From a virus: 64,000 nucleotides of DNA. Numbering within the stretch: position 1 is the first letter of the stretch; each line of letters opens with the position of its first letter. Shown one piece after another: positions 49,382 to 60,413 of the stretch. The notes under the pieces were generated by a model. It saw only the letters and a program-made list of their open reading frames with translations. It did not search any database and was not told the origin of the DNA. The stretch covers positions 1 through 64,000 of IMG/VR virus record IMGVR_UViG_3300025687_000029; one strand, 5' to 3'. Made by a program: the position numbers and the translations under genes.

Positions 49382-50400
49382 TGTTTGAAATAAAACCAAA
49401 ATTAACTAAAGAGAATATTCTAAATAGAGTGAGAGACAGTGAAATATTTAATTTCTACTGTCCTCACTTCAACAAGGGATTTTTCCCTGGAGAATTTAGA
49501 ATAGGTGAATCAGATAATCATCCATCTGCTAATATCTTCTTAGGAAGAGATGGTAGATGGAGATATTCTGATTTTGGTGAAGCAGGGACTTATGACTGCT
49601 TTGCTTATGTACAACGAAAGTTTAATTTAGGTTTTAAAGAAGCATTGGATAAGATTAATATGGATATGAATTTAGGATTAGGAGGGTTAAATAATAACTC
49701 TCCTTCTTCTTACTCTAATTTTCATCCAATTAAGCCTAAGTTATCAACATCAACTACTTCACTATCTGAAACAATTATTAAAGTTAAAAAGAGACAATAC
49801 GAATCAAGAGATAAAGACTACTGGTATGGTAAATATTATATACCTCAGAAACTATTTGAATATCATAATAATTTTGCTATAAAGACATATTGGATATTCA
49901 ACAATAAAGAGACTTATCCTATAAGTCCTAAAGATATTACTTATACTCAGAATTATTATAAAGACTCTACAGGAATATATAGAAGGAAAATATACAGACC
50001 TCTCAGTGACTACAAATGGACAAGTAATATTACAGGTTTAGTAGTACAGGGGATAAAACATTTACCTAAATATGGAGATATTCTTATAATAACAAAGAGC
50101 ATGAAAGACCTACTAGTATTAAAAGTTCTTGATTTTAAAGCAGTTATAGCAACTAATAATGAAACCAGTTGGATACCTGATAAAGTTAGATTAGATCTAG
50201 AATCCAGATTTAAAAATATATTTATAAACTTTGATAATGATGCTACAGGATTAGAAATGGGTAATTATATAGCAAGTCAGTATGGATATACTCCAATATT
50301 TACTGAAGATTATGATTATAAAGATCCTTCTGATATGATAGAGAAGTACGGAATTAAATATTGTAAGGAATTTTTTGAAGAACTTATTTATGCAGAATAA
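49381..50400 (+). CDS. DNA primase (DnaG/TOPRIM, crAss type)
   Basis: DNHPSA, YSDFG, IITKSMKD, FDNDATG, KDPSD. Confidence 0.85.
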   Translation: MFEIKPKLTKENILNRVRDSEIFNFYCPHFNKGFFPGEFRIGESDNHPSANIFLGRDGRWRYSDFGEAGTYDCFAYVQRKFNLGFKEALDKINMDMNLGLGGLNNNSPSSYSNFHPIKPKLSTSTTSLSETIIKVKKRQYESRDKDYWYGKYYIPQKLFEYHNNFAIKTYWIFNNKETYPISPKDITYTQNYYKDSTGIYRRKIYRPLSDYKWTSNITGLVVQGIKHLPKYGDILIITKSMKDLLVLKVLDFKAVIATNNETSWIPDKVRLDLESRFKNIFINFDNDATGLEMGNYIASQYGYTPIFTEDYDYKDPSDMIEKYGIKYCKEFFEELIYAE

Positions 50401-50613
50401 AAAAGAAAAGAAACTAAGAGTCTTAGTTATAGCTAATGTAGCTGAGAAGACTAAACATGGTAGATATAAAGTATCTACTGTATATGAGGCTGATACAGCT
50501 AAAGAAGCTATAGAGTTATTTAAAGAAGAATATACTCCAGTTGGAGAGATAAAAACAACTTTTTTAAAGAATGCTCATATTGATCACTATTTAAACTTTG
50601 AAGATAGATTATA

Positions 50614-51624
50614 ATGTCAAATAAATCAACATTTAAAGTAGGACAGATAAAAGGTATCTTAGAAGGTATCTATAATAATCCTACACTTAGAAGAACTGTA
50701 GTTCCTTTATTTATGAGTAATGCTGGAATGGGTAAAACCCACATCATAGAGGAATTTATGAGAGAAAAGGGTGTTTGGCGACCACCTTTTGTATTATCAC
50801 AGAGAATGCCATTTGAAGTATCTGGTATGGCTTTAGTAGATAGAGAATTAGATAAAATGAAATATTATGACTTTGATTTTCTATTAGATTTAAAAGATGG
50901 AGATATACTATTTATTGATGAGGTATATAATGCTAATCCCACTACACTTAATGCATTTTTAACTTTCTTAGAAAGTAGAATTATGATTTCTGGTAAAAAG
51001 CTTCCAGATATTATGATTGTAGGTGCAGGTAATCCTCAAGGCCAAGGTACTTTAACTCCTCAAATTAAACGTAGATTCTTACAATATGATTTAGAATTTG
51101 ATACTAATTCCTGGAAAGATTATATGTTTAAGAAATACGGATTAGTCAAATCTATTAGTAGTAAATTATGTACTTTAATACAAGGAGAAGATTATACAGG
51201 ATATAACTTTAATTCTCCTGCTGATATTGATAAAGCAGTAGAAATGGTTATCAATAATATTGATACTCCTTATACTATAATAGTAGAGCCTATTCTTAAT
51301 ACTATTATCAAAAATCCTTTAGGTAAATCAATTAAAATAACTGAAGATAGAACTTTAGAAGCTGAAGAACAGATTTCTTGGTTAGAATTAATTAGATTAA
51401 ATAAAGGTATTAGATTAGAAGAAGATAAGAAGGTAGAAAAATCCTTAAATGAGTATGAATATGTAATTATGGATAAAGATGATAATGTTTTAGGGGAAAT
51501 TAAGGACATTGAAACATTGAAAAATATGTATTATTTTACTGATGATCAGCTAAATAATCTGGAATTAGGTAAAAAAACCCCCTCCCGCCGGACCCCCTCC
51601 CTTATTTTTCAAAAAAATAATTAA
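50614..51624 (+). CDS. MoxR-like AAA+ ATPase
   Basis: SNAGMGKT, LFIDE, GAGNP, RRF. Confidence 0.8.
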   Translation: MSNKSTFKVGQIKGILEGIYNNPTLRRTVVPLFMSNAGMGKTHIIEEFMREKGVWRPPFVLSQRMPFEVSGMALVDRELDKMKYYDFDFLLDLKDGDILFIDEVYNANPTTLNAFLTFLESRIMISGKKLPDIMIVGAGNPQGQGTLTPQIKRRFLQYDLEFDTNSWKDYMFKKYGLVKSISSKLCTLIQGEDYTGYNFNSPADIDKAVEMVINNIDTPYTIIVEPILNTIIKNPLGKSIKITEDRTLEAEEQISWLELIRLNKGIRLEEDKKVEKSLNEYEYVIMDKDDNVLGEIKDIETLKNMYYFTDDQLNNLELGKKTPSRRTPSLIFQKNN

Positions 51625-51629
51625 ATAAT

Positions 51630-52646
51630 ATGGAATTATTAACAAGTAGTAAATTTAAACTACCTTATCTGTTTTTTATTACAGATAGAGAAGAGATAAA
51701 AGAATTACCCCTAGGTGTTCCTTTTATTTATGGAGATGAAAGTATTAAATCTGATATTATTAGAATTTTAGAATATGAAATTTTATATCAGAAAGCTATT
51801 TCAACAGGATTACCTTTTGATTTTAGACAAATTCTATTAGATGAGGGTTATACTGGACTTCAAGATTGTCATTATGAATTGCCTGCTTATATGGACTGTA
51901 TTTCAGATGATAATATAGATGAAGATATTTTAGGAGATGATTATGATTTAGGTAAATCTATTAAAGAAGATCCTACATTATTTAATACTTTTATTAGAGA
52001 TTCTGCTGTATATGTGAATATACAAAAGATAAAAGAACTTAATGTATTTCCTCTATGGTTTGATAAATTAGAAAATGCTATTGAAACGAATATACATAAT
52101 TTTGCTGTATTCAATGATTATATGTATAATAAGAAATTAGATGGTATGTATGGAGGAGTAGAATTATCTTCTCCTAATAGAAATCTAATTATTATTGATA
52201 TTTCCGGGAGTATTCCAAAAGCTGTATCTTCAACATGTTTAACCCTATCTAAATCTCTAGCTGAGACTTTCTATGCTGATTTATTGATTACTGGAACCAT
52301 ATCTACATTATATCCTTATGAAAATCTTCATGAATTGAATGTTCAAACTATTTATAATGAAAATGGTATGGATAATGATCAGATTTATTTTAAAAAGTTA
52401 GTTACAAGTGAAAAAAGAACATATAAAACTTGCATAGCTTTTGGAGATAATCACCACCCAGGATCTAATTATTGGAAAAATGCTGTAAGTATTAGTGATG
52501 AAGATGGTAAAAAGATGTGTTTATGGGAAATAGATAAGTTAATATCTTTTCATACTGAAGGTACAAAGCATATAGCAGGATATGCAAGATGGTTTGATCC
52601 TAAAGAAATTGAAAAGATAGATAATTGGTGTAAATATTTAAAATAA
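51630..52646 (+). CDS. vWA-domain protein (MoxR partner)
   Basis: MIDAS motif IIDISGS; adjacent to MoxR. Confidence 0.7.
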   Translation: MELLTSSKFKLPYLFFITDREEIKELPLGVPFIYGDESIKSDIIRILEYEILYQKAISTGLPFDFRQILLDEGYTGLQDCHYELPAYMDCISDDNIDEDILGDDYDLGKSIKEDPTLFNTFIRDSAVYVNIQKIKELNVFPLWFDKLENAIETNIHNFAVFNDYMYNKKLDGMYGGVELSSPNRNLIIIDISGSIPKAVSSTCLTLSKSLAETFYADLLITGTISTLYPYENLHELNVQTIYNENGMDNDQIYFKKLVTSEKRTYKTCIAFGDNHHPGSNYWKNAVSISDEDGKKMCLWEIDKLISFHTEGTKHIAGYARWFDPKEIEKIDNWCKYLK

Positions 52647-52674
52647 TTTAATAAACAATTTAAAAAAAAGTAAA

Positions 52675-53166
52675 ATGAGTAAATTTTTAGAAAGTAAAGA
52701 AGTATTTGTAGTAAAAGGTTATTTATCAAGCAGTAAAGATAAAGTACAACCTATTTATAATGAGGAATTTATTAAAGCACAACAAGATGCTGAGTTTATA
52801 ATTACTTTTGCAAAAAAAGCTAAAGGTAAAGATTTTACGGGTAAAGAAGCTGACTCAATTACTGATATGTTAGCAGAAACTGCTTTAGAATTGTCACAAA
52901 AAGATACAAAATATCTAGCAGCTCCTAAAAAAGTAGGTAAGAAACTATCTGAGCAATTAAAAGAAGAAGCTTTAGCATTTGTTAAGTATAAAGAAGAATC
53001 TTCTAAAGTTGATAAAGTAAATGATTATCTTCAAAGATATAATGTAGTTAATGAATTTGAAGAGATTGGCTTATTCTTTGAAGATGGTATCTGTAAACTT
53101 AATAAGATCTACACTATGAAGGAGATTGTAGATGCTGCTAAAATCTTTATTGAGATTACTGATTAA
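52675..53166 (+). CDS. Hypothetical protein
   Basis: Followed by terminator AAGCCTG...CAGGCTTTT. Confidence 0.6.
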   Translation: MSKFLESKEVFVVKGYLSSSKDKVQPIYNEEFIKAQQDAEFIITFAKKAKGKDFTGKEADSITDMLAETALELSQKDTKYLAAPKKVGKKLSEQLKEEALAFVKYKEESSKVDKVNDYLQRYNVVNEFEEIGLFFEDGICKLNKIYTMKEIVDAAKIFIEITD

Positions 53167-53230
53167 TTAATTACTAATTATTAATTTAAAGCCTGGATAT
53201 TAATTTATTCAGGCTTTTTTATTTAAAACT

Positions 53231-53986
53231 ATGAAAGAACATATAGATTACATAATTGAATATTTAAAGAAACAACCTTTTGTAGATGGCTGTATTACAG
53301 GAAGTTGTATGTTAGATGAATATTGGGATGGGATGGATGTAGATTTATTTTTGTATTCAGAAAAATCTTTCCAAGCTATTCTTTGGAATTTATACTACAA
53401 TGAAGATTTTTTAATCTTAGATAAAGCAGAACAATGGAAATTTGAACAGTATGTTACAAAAGATAATGGTAAATCTCCTTTTGGAGTTACTAGCTTGAAA
53501 TTTGTCTATAATACCTGTATTCCTGTAAATATCATATATAAGAGATATTGTAGCAGTATATTTGATATACTTGCTACATTTGATATGAATATTATAGCTA
53601 AAGGATATGATATTAAAACTGGACAAATTTTAGATTTATCAGGAGATTCCTTTAAAACTAAAATAGCTAATCCAAACTCTTGGAATTCTAATTATTATGA
53701 TCCATCTCTTTGGCAAATTTCCAGAGTATTAAGGCAATTGGAGAGATGTATTAAATATTATAAAAGAGGATACAATACAGATGCAGTAGTTCTAAAATAT
53801 ATAGAACTTATTGATATTATCCAAAACTATCAGAATATATTTGATTCTCCTACTTTTAATGAAAAACTTAAAATAAGAAAAGCTAATACTAAACTTATTA
53901 AGCAAATACTAATAGTATGGCTTAATACCCATGAGATTACAGATAAAGAAATTGAATTAATGAAAACTAAAATAAAAGAAATATAA
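53231..53986 (+). CDS. Pol-beta superfamily nucleotidyltransferase
   Basis: ITGSCM...DVDLF, FDMNI, R..KY..RGY. Confidence 0.7.
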   Translation: MKEHIDYIIEYLKKQPFVDGCITGSCMLDEYWDGMDVDLFLYSEKSFQAILWNLYYNEDFLILDKAEQWKFEQYVTKDNGKSPFGVTSLKFVYNTCIPVNIIYKRYCSSIFDILATFDMNIIAKGYDIKTGQILDLSGDSFKTKIANPNSWNSNYYDPSLWQISRVLRQLERCIKYYKRGYNTDAVVLKYIELIDIIQNYQNIFDSPTFNEKLKIRKANTKLIKQILIVWLNTHEITDKEIELMKTKIKEI

Positions 53987-54440
53987 TTATGGCAAGTATA
54001 GAAGAATTACTTAATGCTTTACAAAATCCTGAAGGATTAGAAAATACTTTAGAAAACTGGTCTAAAGTAGCTAGAAAAGAATTAGAACCTTCTGAAATAG
54101 AAGAATTTTTAGCAGAACATGGTGATGATTATGAAGATGCACTTTAAAACTAAAAGATATGAATAAAATACAACAATTTATAGTAGATAATGATCTTGAT
54201 TTAGATGATTTAGGTAGTGGTTTAAACGGTGTATGTTTAGCTATTGCAGGATATGCTTGTTATTTAGAATATGATAATATTGATGATCTTTTAGAGGATA
54301 TTTGGAAAGATGAGTTTAATGATGGAACTACCTCAGAGTTTGATTCTGAACTAGAAAGAGTATTTGATTATGCTTATGAAAATGGATATGAGGATTGGTG
54401 GAGTAAACCTGAAGCTAAGAAAATTTATAAGTTTTAGATT

Positions 54441-54881
54441 ATGAGAACATTTCTGGTAAGTAAAGAAAACAAAAGACCTCTTGTTAAATGGGGATCTATA
54501 CCAGATAATACATTCTATAAAGGAGTTGTACCTAGCAATTATAAGCTAGGTATTTCTCCTACTCCAGGATATGTTATTGTTGATATAGATAGACATGGTA
54601 AAAAGAATGGTTTTGAGCATATTCCTCAACATATTTATTATGAATTAATGACCACTTTTAATTATGCAACTAAAAATAAAGGTCGTCATTGCTGGTTTAA
54701 ATATACAGGAAATAAGCCTTTAGGTAATAAAACAAGTAAATATTCTATCGACCTTAGAAATGAACGAGGGTATGTTGCATATTGGGGAAAAGAACCTATT
54801 GAAAATATTACTAAATTAACTAAAGAATCTTCTCCTGAAATGAATAAATGGTTAGAAGAGTTATTTAGTTATAAAGATTAA
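54441..54881 (+). CDS. Stand-alone Prim-Pol (bifunctional primase/polymerase N-terminal) domain
   Basis: PLVKW, VIVDID, KGRHCWF, IDLRNERGYV. Confidence 0.75.
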   Translation: MRTFLVSKENKRPLVKWGSIPDNTFYKGVVPSNYKLGISPTPGYVIVDIDRHGKKNGFEHIPQHIYYELMTTFNYATKNKGRHCWFKYTGNKPLGNKTSKYSIDLRNERGYVAYWGKEPIENITKLTKESSPEMNKWLEELFSYKD

Positions 54882-55441
54882 AAAATGAAAAAACCTGAAG
54901 AATATGTAGATTACTTCCAAGGAACTTATATGAGTTCTTGTGGAATAACTGAAGAAGCTAGAAGAGATTTAGAAACTGTATTTAAACAAGCCCAAAAAGA
55001 TACCATAGAATATGCTTTAAATGAAGCTGCTGAGAATGCTGAGATTGGCTATGATTGGGAAACTAAAGAAGCCCCTAATTGTATGGAATGTGGTAATACA
55101 GGTGTTAATAAAAACTCAATCCTATCACTAAAAGATAAATTATTTAAGGAGGTTGATGATGAGTCATACTGAAAAACAAAAATTACAGAAAGCAAGAGCT
55201 TGGTTTAAGTTTCAATTATCAGGTTTACATTTAAAAATTAAGTCAACTCATCTTACCAAGTATGAGAGGGCTATGTTAGCACAGTTATGTGTATATAGAA
55301 ATATTTTATTAAATGATTTTGATTCTAATTCTAAAAAATTAGGCTTAAATGTACCAAAACATAGATGTTGGTGTGGTAGAGAAGGTAAATATGAAGCTGA
55401 ATATAAACATGATGGATTAGTTTGTTATAAACATAGAAAAA

Positions 55442-56230
55442 ATGAGTAAAATACTATTAATTGATGGTGATTTTATTCTTTGGAAAACTGTACCTATATC
55501 TGCTTTAAGTGAGACAGAGAAAATGTATGGGGTTTCTAATGAAAAATCACTAGAAGACATTCAAGAACATATAGATTGGTATCTTGAAAATAAAATATTT
55601 ATACCCACAGGTTGTAAAGATTATCTTGCTTTTTTAGGAGGTAAAGGTAATTTTAGGAAAGAGATAAATACTGGATACAAAGAGAATAGGAAAGATATAG
55701 AATACCCTGATTATTTTTCTGAAGCTAAACAATATCTTATAGATAAATATGATTTTCATCCCATAGATAATATAGAAGCTGAAGATGCTATAGGTATCTG
55801 CATTGATTACTTTCCTAATAATATAATTGTTAGGGAGGATCATGATTTAAACCAACTACCTGGAGTTCATTATAATCCGACTAAAGAAAAATTTAAAGAA
55901 ATCTCTTTTAAAGATGCTCAGTATTATAAATACTACCAGTGTTTAACAGGATGTACTTCTGATAAAGTAGTCGGTATAAAAGGTATTGGAGACGCTAAAG
56001 CTAAAAAACTATTAGCTGGAATATCTACAGACTATCTGTTATTTAAAGTTATTGAGGAGTATTATAAGAAGTATAAACACGAAGGTCTTCAAAAGTTTGA
56101 AGAAAACTATAAGTTACTTCATATTTTAAGAACTCTTGATAATTTAAAAGATGCAGGATTGGAAAAGATAATTGAAGACAAATTACAATTTATTAATAAA
56201 CAGTCAGAAGACTTAAATTTTGATTTATGA
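55442..56230 (+). CDS. 5'-3' exonuclease/flap endonuclease (T7 gp6-like)
   Basis: LLIDGD, NFR, YKENR, EAEDA, DHDL, GIKGIG. Confidence 0.85.
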   Translation: MSKILLIDGDFILWKTVPISALSETEKMYGVSNEKSLEDIQEHIDWYLENKIFIPTGCKDYLAFLGGKGNFRKEINTGYKENRKDIEYPDYFSEAKQYLIDKYDFHPIDNIEAEDAIGICIDYFPNNIIVREDHDLNQLPGVHYNPTKEKFKEISFKDAQYYKYYQCLTGCTSDKVVGIKGIGDAKAKKLLAGISTDYLLFKVIEEYYKKYKHEGLQKFEENYKLLHILRTLDNLKDAGLEKIIEDKLQFINKQSEDLNFDL

Positions 56231-57003
56231 TAGGAGAAACTATTGAGTATTTAAATCCTGAAAAAACCCGGTATATTAAATATACTATGGAGAATGCTAT
56301 TAAGATTGTATTATCTGGTAGATATACTGTTAATATTGAAGACTTTGATAAAAATAATAATATTAAGGAGCTTGTTTTGGATGATTTAGTGTTTGAAAAT
56401 GGTCAGACTATAGAAGTAAAAATCAATGATATTACTTACAATCTACGTATTATAACTATCAAAAAAAATAAAAATAAATATGAATTATTATTAGAAAACA
56501 GAAATAAATCTTCTATATTTGTAGTTCCGTCTCTGGGATATGACAGTACATATTTCAGCTATGACAAGCTGTTTGTTAATTCATTTCTAGCAAGAAAAGA
56601 ATTAAAAGAAGAAGTGAGTGAAGTATATTTAGTATATAGATCTACTAAAGCAAATGATTATATTCAATTAGATGAAAAATTAAGAAAACATCCTAATTAT
56701 GTAGATAGTTATGACTTTGGTAATACTGATATATTACTAAGATTTGATATTCCTGAGAAGTATATTCCAGAAGTAAAGAAATTTGTAGAAGGTAGTTATT
56801 CTATGTTCTCAAAGGACTTTAAAATAAGAATCTTAAACTTCTTCAATGGAAGTAGGACTTTAATTGAAAATCTAAAGATGATATTTAATAAGGATAAACA
56901 GTATATAAAGAATAAATATCCTAAGTTAGATGATGAATCTCTAGAAGAAGTAGATGAAGTTTTCTCCAAAGTAAATATGGAAGATGAGAAAATAAATGTA
57001 TAA
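56227..57003 (+). CDS. Conserved crAss hypothetical protein
   Basis: NKSSIFVVP...FVEGSYS motifs. Confidence 0.5.
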   Translation: MIGETIEYLNPEKTRYIKYTMENAIKIVLSGRYTVNIEDFDKNNNIKELVLDDLVFENGQTIEVKINDITYNLRIITIKKNKNKYELLLENRNKSSIFVVPSLGYDSTYFSYDKLFVNSFLARKELKEEVSEVYLVYRSTKANDYIQLDEKLRKHPNYVDSYDFGNTDILLRFDIPEKYIPEVKKFVEGSYSMFSKDFKIRILNFFNGSRTLIENLKMIFNKDKQYIKNKYPKLDDESLEEVDEVFSKVNMEDEKINV

Positions 57004-57006
57004 ATT

Positions 57007-57705
57007 ATGTATGAATTATTAGGAAAAGAATGGTATGATGATAAATTTCAAAAGTTAATAAATAGTGATTATGGAAGATGGTTGGAAAAATTCTTAGTTC
57101 ATGAATGGGCTAAGAAAACCATTATTCCAAGTAAAGAAGATACTAACCTATTCAGATGCTTTAGGGAAACTCCTTATAGTAAAGTCAGTGTAGTTATAAT
57201 AGGAGAATCTCCTTACCCAACATATGTAGTTGAACCTGAAGTTCCTACTTATGATGGATTGGCTTTTAGTAATGGTAATTCTTTTAAAATATCTCCTTCA
57301 CTAAGGAATATATTTAAAGAATTAGAGAGATCCTATCAATTACCTCAATCTATGCAGGATTGGGATCTAACCAGATGGGCTAAACAAGGAGTATTCTTAA
57401 TTAATGCTGCTCAAACAGTAATTAAAGGAAATCCTGCAAATAAAGTAGCAGAATACCAAAAAGTATGGAATGGGTTTATGAGATATACAATATCAGTATT
57501 AAATACTAAAAATGATATTGTTTGGATGTTGTGGGGTAATAAAGCACAGAAGTTTGAAGAATATATTAAAAATACTACTCATGCTATTATTAAAGATGGA
57601 CATCCATCACCTCTCAACACAACAAATCCTTTTATAGGATCTGGTACTTTTTTAAAAGCTAATGAAGAACTTAAAGCAAGAAATAAACAAGAAATACAAT
57701 GGTAA
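57007..57705 (+). CDS. ung: Uracil-DNA glycosylase, family 1-like, with variant motif A
   Basis: VVIIGESPYP, GLAFS, PSLRNI, WAKQGVFLIN, WGNKA, HPSP. Confidence 0.85.
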   Translation: MYELLGKEWYDDKFQKLINSDYGRWLEKFLVHEWAKKTIIPSKEDTNLFRCFRETPYSKVSVVIIGESPYPTYVVEPEVPTYDGLAFSNGNSFKISPSLRNIFKELERSYQLPQSMQDWDLTRWAKQGVFLINAAQTVIKGNPANKVAEYQKVWNGFMRYTISVLNTKNDIVWMLWGNKAQKFEEYIKNTTHAIIKDGHPSPLNTTNPFIGSGTFLKANEELKARNKQEIQW

Positions 57706-57880
57706 AACACTTTGATAATTTTATTATAGAATTTGAATTTATAGTAGATAGATATGAAATTAAAGATATTCTACCTAAACCTGGAAAACTTATGATAGAT
57801 GTTCTAAAAGAATTAGAACTAATACTAGCCAGTGATATATTAGAAAATCTTAATAAAGCATCTAAAATTAATTAATAACC

Positions 57881-57959
57881 AAACCTGTAGTACGCAATTA
57901 ATATGTATTTATAAATACTGTTAAATGATTTCTATTCCCGTAGAATGTACTACAGGTTT
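57881..57959 (+). ncRNA. Three-way-junction hairpin element
   Basis: AAACCTGTAGTAC/GTACTACAGGTTT enclosing two hairpins. Confidence 0.5.
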
Positions 57960-57973
57960 TAACTTTTAAAAAA

Positions 57974-58417
57974 ATGTTAAAGAATTTTATTTTTGATACA
58001 ACTTTTAAAGTATTTTCAATTGACAAAGAAATCTTATTTAATAAAAAAAGAGGATTGGCATGTATTATTAAACAGTATTTATGTTACTGGTTAGATACTT
58101 ATACTAAAATGTCTAATGATGATATAGCTGCAATTTTAGAGTATAATAATAGAGGATCTGTGTCATATAATATAAAAATAATAGCTGATAAAAAACAAAA
58201 TAATCCTGGATTACTATATGATGAATTTTTTGTAATTGAGAGTGAAATACGACAACATATAGACCTAGATATAAAGATTTCTGATAAGCTTATGGGCCCA
58301 TTGAAAGAAGATATTGAAATATTAAAAGCTATACTATTAGAAGTAGGTCCTAGAAAACGTTTAGGTGTAAAAAGATATGATAAAATAGTAGAAATCTGTA
58401 AAAAATATAAATCATGA
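57974..58417 (+). CDS. DnaA C-terminal (domain IV)-like HTH protein
   Basis: KQYLCYWL..YTKMSNDDIA..L..NRGSVSYNIK. Confidence 0.55.
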   Translation: MLKNFIFDTTFKVFSIDKEILFNKKRGLACIIKQYLCYWLDTYTKMSNDDIAAILEYNNRGSVSYNIKIIADKKQNNPGLLYDEFFVIESEIRQHIDLDIKISDKLMGPLKEDIEILKAILLEVGPRKRLGVKRYDKIVEICKKYKS

Positions 58418-58893
58418 CTTATAAAGATATGACTTTCTGTAAAGCAAGTAAAGAATGTAAAAAAGGTAATAAGTGTGAAAGAGCTTACAATGAAGAACTT
58501 AAAGTACAAGCTACTATTTGGTGGGGAGGTCCAAATGCTCCAATAGCTGTTACTGATAAATTTGATTGTTTTGAATTAAAAGAAGAAAAAGATGAATGAA
58601 CAAGTATATAAAAAGAAAGGTAGAAAATATATACCTATAGGATACTCTGATGGTTTCACAGGATTTCCTACAGATGGATTCTGGTTAGTTCAGCAGAAAG
58701 ATGGATCTAAATCATCAGAATGTATTATTAAAATAGATGAACTAGAATCTCTCAGACCTGCTGCTGATTTAATCTTAGAGTATAAAAATAAGATTATAAG
58801 ATATTTAGCAGAAAGTGAAAATTGTAAGGTATATAATGTAAGCTATGATGCTTTTGTATCTAAAATGTTAAAAGAAATTACAAACAGTAGATA

Positions 58894-59277
58894 ATGATAA
58901 AAGGAACTAAAAATCAATTATTTAATATTAACAATAATTTCCAAGGAGATTTTAAGAAAGTATTAACTGTATGTAGTGCAGGTCTATTGAGATCTGCTAC
59001 ATTACAGAATACTCTTATTAAAGAGTATGGATATAATGTAAGAAACTGTGGTACTGAAGATTATGCTTTAATACCTATTAGTGAGGCTTTGGTTAAATGG
59101 GCTGATGAGATTGTTTTTGTTGAAAAGTATAACTTTAATAGAGTTAAGCCTGATCTAGAGAAATATGATGTATTGGATAAGTGTATCATATTAGATATAC
59201 CTGATATTTATGGATTCTGTGATAAAGAATTAGTTGAAATTTGTAAAGAACAGTATGAAACAAGAAACAAGAATTAA
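58894..59277 (+). CDS. Low-molecular-weight PTP-like phosphatase
   Basis: VCSAGLLRS (CX5R), WADEI, LDIPD. Confidence 0.8.
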   Translation: MIKGTKNQLFNINNNFQGDFKKVLTVCSAGLLRSATLQNTLIKEYGYNVRNCGTEDYALIPISEALVKWADEIVFVEKYNFNRVKPDLEKYDVLDKCIILDIPDIYGFCDKELVEICKEQYETRNKN

Positions 59278-59390
59278 ATTAGAAGCTTTGTATGAAGTTC
59301 AATCAAGAACTACTCAAGCTAAGTACACTAAAGAAGAGTATGTTAATAAAATTGCTAAAGAAAAAGATCTAATTGATAAAAACAGAGATA

Positions 59391-60413
59391 ATGAGTAAAA
59401 TAATTTATTTAAAACAAGAAGTGTCTATTGGAGAAATAATAGACTTTGAAGGAATGAAAGTTACTGTGAATAGTGAACTTATAAATAATAATCCTGAGTT
59501 ATTTGAGGTTAAAGAAGAAGTTCCTGAATATGTTAAATACCTAGGTGAGGGTCCGTGGAGTATTTTTAAAACAAATGAAATATATAAGACCAGTACTGAT
59601 TTTATATCTAAAAATGCTAATTATAGGTGTTGGGTTAATGCTGACGGATCTTCAGGACAAGTTATATATCCAGAAGAAGAAATTTATTTTTCACATAGTT
59701 CTAAAGAAGAATTTGAGCGTCAGGAGCTTTTAAAGGAAGCTAAAAGAAGATTTCCTATTGGAAGTAGGTTTAAAGATATACTTCCTAACAATCCTGAAAA
59801 AGGAATACACACTGTAGAAGAATATCACATTAATGACCTTGTTAATGAAATGAACATTTGTGCTAAAAACAGTAAAAATACTAAAGCAAATAATGTTTAT
59901 ATTTATTGGGATGGTAAATGGGCAACCAAGTTAGAACCTATACTCACTACTGAGGATGGTAAAGAAATGTATGACGGTGATGATGTTTATTTTGTATGTA
60001 ACGATTATAATATAGTTACTCTTAAAAATATAAACATTGCTACAGATGTAATACTAAAAGGTAAATTCTTTGCAGACAAGTCTAAAGCTGAACAATGGGT
60101 TAAAGATAATAAACCTAAGACTTTAGAGGATTATGAGGATGAATTATTAACTTATAAAACTCCTTTATACGTAGAATTAAAAGAGAAAGAACCTAAACTT
60201 TATTGGTTAAAAGTTATGAAAATTATAGCTGAAGATCTTAATAAAGGTAATAAAGGTGAATATTTTATTGTTTGGGAACAAGATAAATTTGAACCCTGGA
60301 TGAGATGTGATTCTGATAAATATTCAGAACCTTTATTTGATACTAGCGAAAATGCTCAAAAAGCTATAGATATTATGGGTAATAAACTTAATTTAATTTT
60401 TGGTAATGAGTGA
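59391..60413 (+). CDS. Modular hypothetical protein
   Basis: LLKEAKRRFPIG and TTEDGKEMYDGD modules. Confidence 0.6.
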   Translation: MSKIIYLKQEVSIGEIIDFEGMKVTVNSELINNNPELFEVKEEVPEYVKYLGEGPWSIFKTNEIYKTSTDFISKNANYRCWVNADGSSGQVIYPEEEIYFSHSSKEEFERQELLKEAKRRFPIGSRFKDILPNNPEKGIHTVEEYHINDLVNEMNICAKNSKNTKANNVYIYWDGKWATKLEPILTTEDGKEMYDGDDVYFVCNDYNIVTLKNINIATDVILKGKFFADKSKAEQWVKDNKPKTLEDYEDELLTYKTPLYVELKEKEPKLYWLKVMKIIAEDLNKGNKGEYFIVWEQDKFEPWMRCDSDKYSEPLFDTSENAQKAIDIMGNKLNLIFGNE

